Virus record (IMG/VR): IMGVR_UViG_3300030430_003380
Coordinates: 1 to 62,400 of that record
Direction: 5' to 3' (one strand)
Origin: a virus
Lineage: Duplodnaviria > Caudoviricetes
Length of the DNA: 62,400 nucleotides
Positions 46,401-55,898 of this stretch are shown here, in pieces. Under the pieces are notes generated by a model. The model ran no database searches. It was given only the letters and a program-made list of their open reading frames with translations, and was not told the origin of the DNA. Each line of letters starts with the position of its first letter. Position 1 is the stretch's first letter. Made by a program: the position numbers and the translations under genes.

Positions 46401-47457
46401 TTAAAGGTAGCCCGTCACATAAAACACTTTTACTTTCAGAAAATTGCCTATGTAAAAATGCAGATAATTTATTTTGATTTGAGTCAAACTCAAACTCTCC
46501 CTCAAACTCTCCACCAGATGAAAATGTGCCTTGATTTATTGTTAAAAAAGGTTCAAACTCAAATTCAAAAGTTTCATCTGCTGGATTCATGTTTTCCCTA
46601 TAAGAAAAAATAGCTACTTCATCAAAACTTGTAGGTGATGTAGGCTCCTCTCCAATAAATGTAATTCTCCAGACAGTTCTATTACCAACCTCATAAAGGG
46701 TTCCATCAGGACTTACAACAACACCATCATCATTAGTATCTGTATTAAAAATACCTCCAGAATCAAAACCTGGCAACAAGAATGCAGATAAGTTTTCGCT
46801 AACGCTTATAGGTATTCCAACTCCTTGTTCACCATAAGTGTATATTAAATTATCTGAATCAACATTAGATGAAATAGATAAATCAAAGTTAACACCAGCA
46901 ACATCACATTCAATTACAATATCAAAATAACCACCATGTAACACAGAATTTTGACCAAAAGATAAAAGTTTTACACTTGCAGTAAACTGATTACCAGTAT
47001 TAATGTCATAAACATTAATACCACTATTAAAAGGACCAACGCTACTAAATTGAGAGTTTAAATAAAAAGATGTAAAGGTATGACCAGTGTTTCCATTCCA
47101 ATTAAATTCTCCAATAAGAACATTACCATTAGGTCCAACTGAAAATAAAGAAAAGTTATACGCTTGATTAGTTTGTTCCCAACCCTGTATTCTTATAACT
47201 TTTTGATAAAACACAGTTGCAGGATTTATTTCCTCATATAAACCGTTGTCGTTAACAAAAAAAGTTTCTGGATCTGTAGAATAAAAATCAAAAGGAACCT
47301 CAACGTTTCCTTCTATATTTTCTAAAGAACCAATAGTTCCATCAACAGATGTTGCAGCTCTAACATTTAAAGCGTCTATGTAATCAGGGTTTTTGATAAG
47401 ACGAACATCTCCGTCTTTATTCATTCCACCCATAAAACTTCTTTTTTCTAAAGGCAT
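43441..47457 (-). CDS. Acidic coiled-coil virion protein bearing the muzzle-type N-terminal segment
   Basis: F.GGMNKD.D.RL....Y.DALN.R...G.LENI.GN in first 51 aa; long heptad region. Confidence 0.75.
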   Translation of the reverse strand: MPLEKRSFMGGMNKDGDVRLIKNPDYIDALNVRAATSVDGTIGSLENIEGNVEVPFDFYSTDPETFFVNDNGLYEEINPATVFYQKVIRIQGWEQTNQAYNFSLFSVGPNGNVLIGEFNWNGNTGHTFTSFYLNSQFSSVGPFNSGINVYDINTGNQFTASVKLLSFGQNSVLHGGYFDIVIECDVAGVNFDLSISSNVDSDNLIYTYGEQGVGIPISVSENLSAFLLPGFDSGGIFNTDTNDDGVVVSPDGTLYEVGNRTVWRITFIGEEPTSPTSFDEVAIFSYRENMNPADETFEFEFEPFLTINQGTFSSGGEFEGEFEFDSNQNKLSAFLHRQFSESKSVLCDGLPLNFNIDPDKFFLTFSENATFDSNNNSFSIVVVGPVGVRFKLALLDSSENLMVALQPGNEFTDGETDAATIFGNGTFITLNNYQIVDNSIEITNSIVNSYNVLQEDLQNAIDNFNDLQQFSIQQTVNNGILEADLQAQIALTDQALANLGQTQSDLDDANQIILGLEGNINNLNQANDILSDENTELFEDIENLNIGLGELNIAVTNLSTDIVPTVQGSLPFDALAADVILLISQFNQFQTSQSSFIDNFNQSFEEHLQAAGLPLATDFINIITSVEDIISNVINTLSQQTADVVAGYQAEIDQLNINHANALAAAETADQAAQDALQAQFDADLAALTADHVAAVAALESTISDQSAQIATQGATIVSLGSTIQDLNNQIDDLQTQLEELRISDAIIVSKLNEYNDIYTSLSDSYSQTLTVYNALSLENQVIYQPGMNNVSLFQGDFILYEGLFSDANDLSILSTFDASGNIVNPSGSETNGGLILPLSSNLYSAVRLPYSSFTNQGAWQNGNEISITMMFNCSDVGTGPGASSIPNNYNVFITNLWDDSDQWDGNINYGFEISQSLNTTGNTVFEHTFTVVDTNESNFLNKWANITIITPPVSSQQVNDFQIKLTQIRLSNDAQEAIDFNLNNLVPEAEELYLERYNGVNNIVLDWQNSGLDTLSEFVSESVYNDILNKVIPGYFDGTGSVSTIGDRLQSYADAVLDFSNAVQNQVYSAYVNYFQASQANPEDLVSLQEQHAQEIAQIQLDLEQSQLNVISLQNQIIYLQDNSGTFLTGPNVAATLLTFVGTDTSGISGSPLSFSAYFNNDYRLSIQYMIDGSRTEVATLVILTGSECQALANQPHSETNNIVYYLTNRFQNGQTIDFIPSGLGYPTQKLICLFANFNEETSTIGDGVPFLSAVSGIDISQSPWNSFITNQNDLFQHRDIQMIFYFDQFQYDNVPATEDIQFSGLYEPQLGNIIASNFDDHTLFASASRYTTITGF

Positions 47458-47461
47458 TTAT

Positions 47462-48697
47462 TTACATTTTTGGAGATTGCTTGAAAGCTTTTCTAGAAAT
47501 TTGCATAGCAGCCTCTTTATTAAAGTTCATCATTCTAGCTCTAGCCAATCTTTTTTCGTTAAAATAAGATCTCTTAGCCATCTGCTTTTCGTTAGCAGGA
47601 ATACCACGTTTTCTTTGAATATATTTATAGTACATATAAGACCTTAAAGCTTCTTCGCAAAACTTATGTATTTTAGGTACATCACCCGCAGAACCCAACT
47701 GAATTAAAGATTGTTGTAATACACAAAAAGTTTGAGGATTGGTAGGAACAAATACATTTGCATCAAAAGTGCCATCAGGATCTAATAAATCTTTTGGTGC
47801 AGATAATAAATTGCTTATTACTATTGTTACAATACCACCCTCATTAGAAGCAGTTATATTAGTATCATTAGGTGCAACATGATACCTTGGATGACCCTCA
47901 TTTATTACTCTAGTCACAGCCTCAGCAATTTCTTCTGATGAAGTGTTGTCACCTTTATTTATAGATACAGGTACAAATATTTCTAAAGAACTTGGGTTTG
48001 AAGTTAAATCTTCAAAAGGATTTTCAGTGCTGTCTTTAAATATATATGTAATTGAACCACCATTTCTACTAGGTATTTTAAACACAGAACCGTTTTTAAT
48101 CATGTAAGTATAATTTTCAAGACCCGCATTAGCTCCTCCTTTTATAGATGGAGCCATTGAAAATTTTATTATATGGTCTTTTCCAGGTGTAGCAGTAACA
48201 CCATCAGATATATATTCCATAAACACTGTTTTACCAGCAACGTCTGAAGAAAAATTTATAGTTCCATCTTGTCTATTAACTCTGTAATAACCTAAAGTAT
48301 TTTGACCACCACCTATACCATATTTTCTACCAACCTCTGTATGATAATAAGGATTGTTTTCATCATAAGGGTCATCATTAATAACTGATTGAATAGTAGC
48401 ATCTAAAGATAAATTAGACTTATAACCTAAGGGATGAAACTCATCGTCATCACCTCTAAAACCAATCCTAAGTTCTTTTACATAATCAGCAGGTAAAGCA
48501 CACTGAAGTGTTGTAGAGTCTACAAGCATTGTATCCGTTTTAACTTTTTGTTCAACGTCAAATGTAAGCTCTCTAAGTCCTTGTAACGCTAGTAATCTTA
48601 ATTGATATATTTGTGCTTCTTTATCATAAGAGGTGTCATCAATCATTAACTGAACATCGTTAACAACCTCTTCTATAGTTGTGTAATCTATTGCCAT
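47462..48697 (-). CDS. Tail ring/tube protein with internal insertion
   Basis: GLRELTFD...LPADYV...G.I.FSS...EYISDG...HKFCEEAL..Y...R.A..R. Confidence 0.7.
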   Translation of the reverse strand: MAIDYTTIEEVVNDVQLMIDDTSYDKEAQIYQLRLLALQGLRELTFDVEQKVKTDTMLVDSTTLQCALPADYVKELRIGFRGDDDEFHPLGYKSNLSLDATIQSVINDDPYDENNPYYHTEVGRKYGIGGGQNTLGYYRVNRQDGTINFSSDVAGKTVFMEYISDGVTATPGKDHIIKFSMAPSIKGGANAGLENYTYMIKNGSVFKIPSRNGGSITYIFKDSTENPFEDLTSNPSSLEIFVPVSINKGDNTSSEEIAEAVTRVINEGHPRYHVAPNDTNITASNEGGIVTIVISNLLSAPKDLLDPDGTFDANVFVPTNPQTFCVLQQSLIQLGSAGDVPKIHKFCEEALRSYMYYKYIQRKRGIPANEKQMAKRSYFNEKRLARARMMNFNKEAAMQISRKAFKQSPKM

Positions 48698-49470
48698 TAT
48701 TTTGTAGTTTTAGATTTAGCAGGAACTCTAGCATTTTGAAGCATCTCTTTGGTAGACGCATAATTAATTAAAGAAATTTCTCTTAAGTTAACGCCAAGAT
48801 ATTCTAGTATCTTAATAACAATTTCCCCATGAGTTCTACTAGGTAAATTAAATTGACTAGAAGTAGAAGGATCATGCACTGGTTTTCCTGCAACAGTAAC
48901 ATATGACCAGTTTGGGGATCTCTTAGGATACATGTATGCATGAACAATTACATTTTCTATATTGTCTGGAAAAATTTTAATTTTTAATTGTGTAGAATTA
49001 ACATCACCACTCATAAGACCTACAGGAAAATCTACAGAAGGTTTTACTAAACTACTTCTAAGAATTTTATTTATATTTTCAGAGCTTACTAACTCTAAAG
49101 GTATATGAGAATTTATTCCTAAATTTTCATCTGGTAATATAAAAATTTCTTTAACAAGAAGTGTCTCGCTATCAACTATAACTTCTGCTTCTGAATAACC
49201 AGATGTAATTGGAACTAATTTTGTTTTATATTGTGTTGTAATTAAAAAAGGTGCTAAATCTTGTTCCGCTATTTCAGGAGTTAAAGATTCTTCCATAACA
49301 CCTGATATTTTTTTAGCTTGGGATTTTTCTTGAAGTATTTCTATTCTTTTATTAATTAACTCTAGCTCTGCCTGTTTTGCTAAAAGATTAAAGTCAGAAG
49401 GTGTTATAAAACCTCTTTGTTCTTTATTTGCAAAGGTTTGAACTAATCTATATATTTCATCAATACTCAT
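48697..49470 (-). CDS. Head-tail adaptor/ring protein
   Basis: ANKEQRGFITPSDFNLLA.QA...PNW.Y...IL.YLG. Confidence 0.7.
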   Translation of the reverse strand: MSIDEIYRLVQTFANKEQRGFITPSDFNLLAKQAELELINKRIEILQEKSQAKKISGVMEESLTPEIAEQDLAPFLITTQYKTKLVPITSGYSEAEVIVDSETLLVKEIFILPDENLGINSHIPLELVSSENINKILRSSLVKPSVDFPVGLMSGDVNSTQLKIKIFPDNIENVIVHAYMYPKRSPNWSYVTVAGKPVHDPSTSSQFNLPSRTHGEIVIKILEYLGVNLREISLINYASTKEMLQNARVPAKSKTTK

Positions 49471-49492
49471 TTCTATGTAATTTATTCCCTAG

Positions 49493-49500
49493 CAAAAATA
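49493..49500 (-). promoter_or_regulatory. -7 promoter element TATTTTTG
   Basis: TAnnTTTG between terminator and tail operon. Confidence 0.55.
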
Positions 49501-49519
49501 CAAAATAAATCGAGATAAT

Positions 49520-49545
49520 AAAAAAAGGGGACCGCTAAGTCCCCT
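49520..49545 (-). terminator. Intrinsic terminator
   Basis: AGGGGAC-loop-GTCCCCT plus T-run. Confidence 0.85.
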
Positions 49546-49569
49546 ACATAAATATATTGCATTAACTAA

Positions 49570-50448
49570 TTATTGATTTATGTTTTTTAACCTACGTTCT
49601 ATTTCTTCATAAACAGACTCACCTTCACCAGAAGAACAGAAATCTACCATTCTATCAATAGGCTGTGTACCTATAGCAGGAACACAAATTGTATTACCTG
49701 AGTTTGTCCAAGTAATACCTGTTTTCTTCATAGAAATAATACCTGATTCCTCAGCCATTAATAAAAGTTGTTTCATCTCTGTTCTAGGGTCATTCATACC
49801 TGCTAAGAAAGTTGTAGGATTCTTTTCTGCTTGTATCTTCATATCCCAACGTATTTCATCAACACTCTTGTTAGTGTTAACACCTAATACCTTAGCATAC
49901 CCTACAAGCTCATTTAAAGGCATTTTAAGAGCAGCTTGGACAGCATCCATAACATTAGTTACTTTTTCAATATCCTTCTTAGCATCTCTTGATTGATCCT
50001 TTAATCTAAATGAAGGAACTTTACCTTTCATTCTATTAGGATTGTCAGCGTTAGCATTACACGCATCTAAATACTTTTTAAGAGTAGGGTTAGTATGATC
50101 TACAAAAAGAAAACCATTAGTAAAAGATATAGGATCTCTCATCTTAGCGTTTTCTGATTGCTCATCAGCGTATATAGATGTTTCACCAGCAACATATCTA
50201 ATCTTTCTGTTTTCACCAGTTACTGCATCAAATATAACATCTTCTGATTTTATCATATATACTATAGGAAACTGAGTTTTTCCATTCCTATCTTTTCTAC
50301 TCTTAAGTAATTGATAAATTGAAGGTTTAATTTCTTTTGTTCCTGCAGTAAATTTTGGAACAAACTTTTTTTCTACTACGGGAGCTTTAGCTTCGACCTT
50401 AGTAGACGTAGGAGGCGTAACAGCCTTACGTTTTTTTGTTGGTGTCAT
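49570..50448 (-). CDS. Conserved head-module protein of unknown function
   Basis: Follows MCP block; IRY...SIY..EQ...I.F.NG.L.V...NP.L..YL. Confidence 0.65.
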   Translation of the reverse strand: MTPTKKRKAVTPPTSTKVEAKAPVVEKKFVPKFTAGTKEIKPSIYQLLKSRKDRNGKTQFPIVYMIKSEDVIFDAVTGENRKIRYVAGETSIYADEQSENAKMRDPISFTNGFLFVDHTNPTLKKYLDACNANADNPNRMKGKVPSFRLKDQSRDAKKDIEKVTNVMDAVQAALKMPLNELVGYAKVLGVNTNKSVDEIRWDMKIQAEKNPTTFLAGMNDPRTEMKQLLLMAEESGIISMKKTGITWTNSGNTICVPAIGTQPIDRMVDFCSSGEGESVYEEIERRLKNINQ

Positions 50449-50486
50449 AATAATTATTTTCTAAAATTAACTTAAAGTTTTATAAA

Positions 50487-50506
50487 GGAGGGGATTACTC
50501 CCCTCC
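50487..50506 (-). terminator. Intrinsic terminator after MCP/decoration genes
   Basis: GGAGGGGA-gtaa-TCCCCTCC followed by TTTAT. Confidence 0.75.
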
Positions 50507-50534
50507 AGTAAATATAATTAACTATTTCTAGTTA

Positions 50535-50879
50535 TTAAGCAGCATAAGTAATTGCACATCCTGATACACTAGATAAAAACTCAGAGTTATCCGCATCGCA
50601 AACAACAATAAATCCATTATCTTTAGAAACAGGCTCATTAATTTTGTCTGCTAAAGCTTTTAACACTTCTTTTATTTTTCCACTACCAAAAGTTAAAACA
50701 ACTTTGTCGTTAACATCTCCTGTAGCAAGTGAGTCACCTACAACTTGAGGCTTAAAATATAAAGTAGCTGTTGTAGCTGATGTTGCATCTGCACCTTTTA
50801 ATGCACTTGCTGGGTAAAGAGCCGCTTCACCTGTAGCGTCTGCAGAATTACCATCAGCAAAATATAAGTACTTTTCCAT
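50535..50879 (-). CDS. Putative capsid decoration/auxiliary protein
   Basis: Immediately after MCP in same transcript, Ala/Thr-rich. Confidence 0.55.
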   Translation of the reverse strand: MEKYLYFADGNSADATGEAALYPASALKGADATSATTATLYFKPQVVGDSLATGDVNDKVVLTFGSGKIKEVLKALADKINEPVSKDNGFIVVCDADNSEFLSSVSGCAITYAA

Positions 50880-50905
50880 TTTCTTATGTTTTTATATATT
50901 AATAA

Positions 50906-52312
50906 TTATGATTTTTTGAACAATAAGAAACGGTTAGGAGCAAATCCTTCAAAACCTCTCTCAGATCGGTAGTTACACTGTAACGTATCTGTTTGATTAG
51001 TTTTGTTTTGTAGGACAGCAGAACCAGTTAACCAGTGCTCCATCTCACGAGAGTATCCACCAGCAGCTTTGTAACGTAAACGTAAAGCAGGAATCTTTTC
51101 TCCTGAACGAGGATCACGTTGTGAATCCATAGGAATACACATTCCGTAACCATTGTAGTTAAATCCATCAGCACCTAATAAAGATGGGTGATTAAATAGG
51201 TCGTATGTTTTCTTGTGGAAAGTGTAACCACCACGAGAGAACGAGTTAAAACCTAAGTTCAACGCCATATCTTTGTTATTTGCGAAAGTACCATAATTAG
51301 CACCACCTGCAGCATAAGCTCCCTGTGCAGCTAATAGGTCATCAATATCTAAAGACAAGTTAATACCAGCGTAAAGAGCCATCTCTTTTGCACCTCTAAA
51401 TTTATCTAAAGATTTTACTGCAGCATCAAAGTCAGCCATTGTAATTGCAGAAGAACCAAGATCCATAGATTGACCTTTGTTTTCCATAAATGGTAAAAGA
51501 CCTTCAGTTAAGTAAACTCGACTTCCTCCAGTATCACCAGTATCTACTGTATTGGCATCACCAGCTTGACCTAATACACATGCTAATTCACAGTAATCCA
51601 TGAATCTATTGTAAGTGTCAGCCTCACCTTTTAAGTACCATAGGTATCCAGAACCTGATTTAGGAGAATCAACTTTTAAGTAAGTAATATTAGTTGCTTC
51701 AGTACCTGTAACTTCAAATGTTTCTTTAATAATTTGACAGTTGTTTTGGTAGTGGTGTACACGAGGTGTTAAACCATCAGGTTGTCCAGTACCTTCAGCA
51801 TAAGCATTACCAATAATAACAAACTCAGAAGAAGCTATAAGAGCTGTTTCAGCAGCACCTACTAACTGAACTTTCCAAGTTAAAGCAGATCCTGATTGTA
51901 CTAAATAAATATTACCACCAGCATTTTGAATTAAGTCACCAACTCTTAAAGCGTGGTGACCTGCAGCAGTATCATCATCAGCACTTACACTTAAAGTACC
52001 TTGATTACCACTTTCAGCAGCAATAGAACCTGTAAAATTATTGTGATAAAAGTCTTCTTCGTAGTGTTCAAAAAGATGACTTGATGTTTCTTTCTTGTCT
52101 CCAAGTAATTCTAAAAGACCAGTAATACCTTGATCACCGTATCTTTTAATCATTTGTTCGTCAACATCACGCTTATGTATTCCTTGAGCTGCTGTAGTAG
52201 TTCCCCCATCCATTCGAGAAACTAAATCAACAGAACTTACATAGTTAAATGATGTTGCAACTTTTACTGCTGAAGGTGTTAACTTCGCAGCCGCATTTGA
52301 AACTGTTGCCAT
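50906..52312 (-). CDS. Major capsid protein
   Basis: N..QIIKE...VTGT...GYLWY.K.E.DT..RF.D..E, TEGL, Y.SERG; position after portal/scaffold. Confidence 0.9.
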   Translation of the reverse strand: MATVSNAAAKLTPSAVKVATSFNYVSSVDLVSRMDGGTTTAAQGIHKRDVDEQMIKRYGDQGITGLLELLGDKKETSSHLFEHYEEDFYHNNFTGSIAAESGNQGTLSVSADDDTAAGHHALRVGDLIQNAGGNIYLVQSGSALTWKVQLVGAAETALIASSEFVIIGNAYAEGTGQPDGLTPRVHHYQNNCQIIKETFEVTGTEATNITYLKVDSPKSGSGYLWYLKGEADTYNRFMDYCELACVLGQAGDANTVDTGDTGGSRVYLTEGLLPFMENKGQSMDLGSSAITMADFDAAVKSLDKFRGAKEMALYAGINLSLDIDDLLAAQGAYAAGGANYGTFANNKDMALNLGFNSFSRGGYTFHKKTYDLFNHPSLLGADGFNYNGYGMCIPMDSQRDPRSGEKIPALRLRYKAAGGYSREMEHWLTGSAVLQNKTNQTDTLQCNYRSERGFEGFAPNRFLLFKKS

Positions 52313-52343
52313 AACAATCTATATTTTTTAAAAATTAATTACT

Positions 52344-53435
52344 TTATTTACCCCAGATTTCATCTCTGAGCATATCTAGTGTAGATCTTTGCTTTTGAGG
52401 AGCTCCTTGTTTATCTTGTGTAAACGAAGGATTTTTAATTTCATTAATTACGCTTTCAGTACCTTTACTTCTATACTGATTAGCAACACCCCTAACAATT
52501 TTATCCATGTTATTCAAGATGTACATATCAGTATTCAAAGCATCAAAGTCCCAGTTACCACCTTCATCAATATACTTATCAAAAAAGTTTTCTAAATTAG
52601 AGTTATAACCTTTAATCTCTTGACGAGCATTGTCATCTAGATTGTAAATAAACTCTTCACCTTGGTCGTTCATTTCAAATGATAAACCTTCAAGATCATC
52701 GACCTCAGATTCCATTTGACCTAACCACTCAGTTCTTTCTTGTTCAGATACTTCAGGAGAAGCACTCTCAGTAGGCATAGCATAATCTTCTTTTACCTTA
52801 TTAAAGTACTCTCTAGCAGCTTTAGCGTCTTTCATTAATTGAACCTTACCAGCATTCATATCTCTCGTAGTGTACTCATCTTTGTCCATCTTATATGTCG
52901 CAGCCATATAATCGTTTAACTCAGCTTCAGTTAAATTAGGATTATCTAATCTTAGATACTCCTTCATTACTGCGTCATCAGATACATTAGATAAATCAAC
53001 TGTTTGAGTGTTCAGATAATCTTGAACTGTACGACCAGTATTTTTTACATACTCATTAATAACTCGAAGCTGCTCGCTAGCGAAATCACCACTTTCTGCT
53101 TGTGTACTAGTTATGTTAAGATCATCAAATGATGTTAGGTCTCTCCCAAGCTTCTCGCTAAGGTATTGTAAGACAACTTCATCATCACTGATTTCTTCAC
53201 CCTCTACTTGTTGATCACCTTGAAATTCATCAACATTGGTAGTTTCCTCATTATTTAAAGAACTATCACTTGTTAAATCTATAACGTTAGAATCATCTTC
53301 CGTTACAGTTTGCTGTTCTTGTTGTTCAACACCCTCATCTTGATTAGATGTAAGGTCAACAACATTATTATTTTCTGCTTCTGTGCCTGCGACTTCTCCA
53401 CCGAAGGCTTTTGCAAATTGATCTTCTATTGCCAT
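52344..53435 (-). CDS. Putative scaffolding protein
   Basis: Acidic helical protein between portal and MCP. Confidence 0.7.
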   Translation of the reverse strand: MAIEDQFAKAFGGEVAGTEAENNNVVDLTSNQDEGVEQQEQQTVTEDDSNVIDLTSDSSLNNEETTNVDEFQGDQQVEGEEISDDEVVLQYLSEKLGRDLTSFDDLNITSTQAESGDFASEQLRVINEYVKNTGRTVQDYLNTQTVDLSNVSDDAVMKEYLRLDNPNLTEAELNDYMAATYKMDKDEYTTRDMNAGKVQLMKDAKAAREYFNKVKEDYAMPTESASPEVSEQERTEWLGQMESEVDDLEGLSFEMNDQGEEFIYNLDDNARQEIKGYNSNLENFFDKYIDEGGNWDFDALNTDMYILNNMDKIVRGVANQYRSKGTESVINEIKNPSFTQDKQGAPQKQRSTLDMLRDEIWGK

Positions 53436-53464
53436 TTTATTTAAATTTACTTTAGTTGTTTTCG

Positions 53465-53472
53465 CAAATATA
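53465..53472 (-). promoter_or_regulatory. -7 promoter element TATATTTG
   Basis: Exact consensus upstream of scaffold/MCP operon. Confidence 0.7.
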
Positions 53473-53495
53473 ATTTTTTTCTAGTTAGAATCAAA

Positions 53496-55898
53496 TTATT
53501 CTTCCTGTTTATTTTCAGTAATACCTAAAGGACCTCTGCGTCCTTCTCTTTGTTCTATTAATTGAGATTGATTTATAGCAGATTGCTGTTGAACAGACTT
53601 TCTAGTTTCTCCTTGTACAGATGCAGCACCTTCTTTACCAAGATTACTAAGTTCTATTTCTCTTAATCTTCTTTGATGTTGAGCTTGCTCAAACTGTTCT
53701 TTAAGCTGATAATCAAGTTGTTTTAATTGCATATCTGCCTGAGCTTTTGCCTGAACACGAGCTTGCTCTATCTGCATCTCAGCTTGCATTTCTTGTTGTT
53801 TTAACTGTGAAGATTGTTGAGCTGACTGTTGTTGCAACTGAGCATTTTGTTCTGCTGCTTGTTGAGCCATAGATCTTTGTTCTCTTTGATATTTAGATCT
53901 TCTTAAGACAAGCATTTGATTAGCCATCTTAACATTTTTTATAGAACGTATAGCTATAGCATCCTCTAACCTAAGTTCTTTTTGAGCTAAAGATACTTGT
54001 ATATTTTGCTCCATCATTTGCCTTTCTTCTTCATCAGGTGCTATATCCAAAGTAATACCAAATTCATGTATAGATAATTTTTTCATCATATCTATACTAT
54101 TCATAGACGCACCACCTATAACGTTAGCATACATCCCATGTAGATTTTTAAAATTAACTAAGTCTTGCATTCTAATACTTATACTTTGAGATATACTTCT
54201 TGTAACGCTAAGATAGGCATCATTAATATCTCTAGTAGCATTATTAGAGGCTAGTAAAGCTAACTTTTGAACACCCACTAAAGCTTCGCTGGATGGTTTA
54301 GAAGCATCTCTTGCTTCGTTTACACCAGTTACATCACGAATCATTTGTAAGTTATGTTGATAAACATTTATAAGGGTAGCAAAGTCACGACCTATACCAT
54401 TTTCTAATTCTTGAATAGGCATAGCGTTAGTCATATTACCTTCGTCATCCATTCTACGATAATAAACATTACCAGTTTGATCGTATATTTCTTGAAGTTC
54501 TAATGGTGTAAAAGTACCTCCATCACCCTTTGATACGTTTTCTAATGCACCTATCTCAAACGCTGCACCTTTAGGTCTAGCCTTAGCAAGAACCTGTTGT
54601 ATCTTAAGATGAGCTAATTGTATCTGGTCAGCAAAAGGAATCATCCTATCTACCAAAGAACGACTCTTCATTTTGTATAAGTTTGGTTGATAAATTATAT
54701 ACGAAAGTCTTGTTTCAGATAAATTTGACTTAGGTCTAGGCATATCTTGCATCATACCATAATTAAATATATAATCTGTACCAACTATATATTTACCACT
54801 ATAAATAACTTTTACAGTAGATCCAATACTTTCTCTTTTAGTTTTAGATTTTTTAGGTGGTTTATAATTACTAGGTTTTTTATTTACAGAATAACCACCA
54901 AATTTATTTTCTTTCTTTTCATAATTTAAGGAATGACTTGTAATAAACTCAGCATCTAATATATTTACGCTAAACTTATCATAATCATAAGTTTGGTTTC
55001 CATTTTCATAATAAGCCTGAGTACCGTAGTTCATAGGATTATTATTTTTACCTGCGTACTGTTTTGCAATTTTAGCATAATCATCTTCATCAAACTCATC
55101 CCCTGCCTGTTGCTTAAGATCAGCAATAGTTATAGAGTAAACTTCACCTGCATGACGAATATTTTTAAAATCTGGTTTAGAAGAAAAAGAAGTTATAAGA
55201 TTTGCAGGATCAACGTGTCTTATTTTAACACCTTCAGTTTTTGATATTTCTGTTTTAGCAGCACAAAGACCTAACACAACAAGATCGCGAATCATATATC
55301 TTTTAATATTATCGTAATCATTTATATCCATGGTGTATTCTATAGATTTCTCTAAAGCTATTTCTACTGATTGTTTGTAGTTCATAGCCATGTACATTTC
55401 TATTTCTTCAGGAGTATCAGCAACAAAACTTTCATCTGTTAACTTCATTCCAGCCTTATCTTCAATCTTTGAAATAAAAGACCTCATCATCATATCAGCA
55501 TACATTTTCTTTTTTTGCTCATATCTTTGATTAGTAGCAACTGGATCTATAGACTTAGCTTTAACCTCATAATCTTGATTTACCATACCATTAACAATAA
55601 CGTCAACAAACTTTGGTACTATTGATACTGGGGTAAAATCTATATTTAAATACGATGTATCACCTTGTACATCAAGAAGGTCTTTATATTTACCTACATC
55701 TTGATTACCTTCAGCATAAGATCTGTTACGATTGTATCGTATCTTCTTATCTCTAAAGTAAACATCACTATTATCTTGCCACTCATAGTACATGGTTCTA
55801 AAATATTCAAGACCATATTCTTTTGTAGCTTTTTCTTCATTTGTAGCTAGAGGTGATGGATAACCATTTAATTTTTTCTTATCGTTTAGATAGTTCAT
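53496..55898 (-). CDS. Portal protein
   Basis: PKFVD.IVNG, VDPANL, IRDVTG.N.ARD, Gln-rich C-terminal barrel; follows TerL. Confidence 0.9.
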   Translation of the reverse strand: MNYLNDKKKLNGYPSPLATNEEKATKEYGLEYFRTMYYEWQDNSDVYFRDKKIRYNRNRSYAEGNQDVGKYKDLLDVQGDTSYLNIDFTPVSIVPKFVDVIVNGMVNQDYEVKAKSIDPVATNQRYEQKKKMYADMMMRSFISKIEDKAGMKLTDESFVADTPEEIEMYMAMNYKQSVEIALEKSIEYTMDINDYDNIKRYMIRDLVVLGLCAAKTEISKTEGVKIRHVDPANLITSFSSKPDFKNIRHAGEVYSITIADLKQQAGDEFDEDDYAKIAKQYAGKNNNPMNYGTQAYYENGNQTYDYDKFSVNILDAEFITSHSLNYEKKENKFGGYSVNKKPSNYKPPKKSKTKRESIGSTVKVIYSGKYIVGTDYIFNYGMMQDMPRPKSNLSETRLSYIIYQPNLYKMKSRSLVDRMIPFADQIQLAHLKIQQVLAKARPKGAAFEIGALENVSKGDGGTFTPLELQEIYDQTGNVYYRRMDDEGNMTNAMPIQELENGIGRDFATLINVYQHNLQMIRDVTGVNEARDASKPSSEALVGVQKLALLASNNATRDINDAYLSVTRSISQSISIRMQDLVNFKNLHGMYANVIGGASMNSIDMMKKLSIHEFGITLDIAPDEEERQMMEQNIQVSLAQKELRLEDAIAIRSIKNVKMANQMLVLRRSKYQREQRSMAQQAAEQNAQLQQQSAQQSSQLKQQEMQAEMQIEQARVQAKAQADMQLKQLDYQLKEQFEQAQHQRRLREIELSNLGKEGAASVQGETRKSVQQQSAINQSQLIEQREGRRGPLGITENKQEE

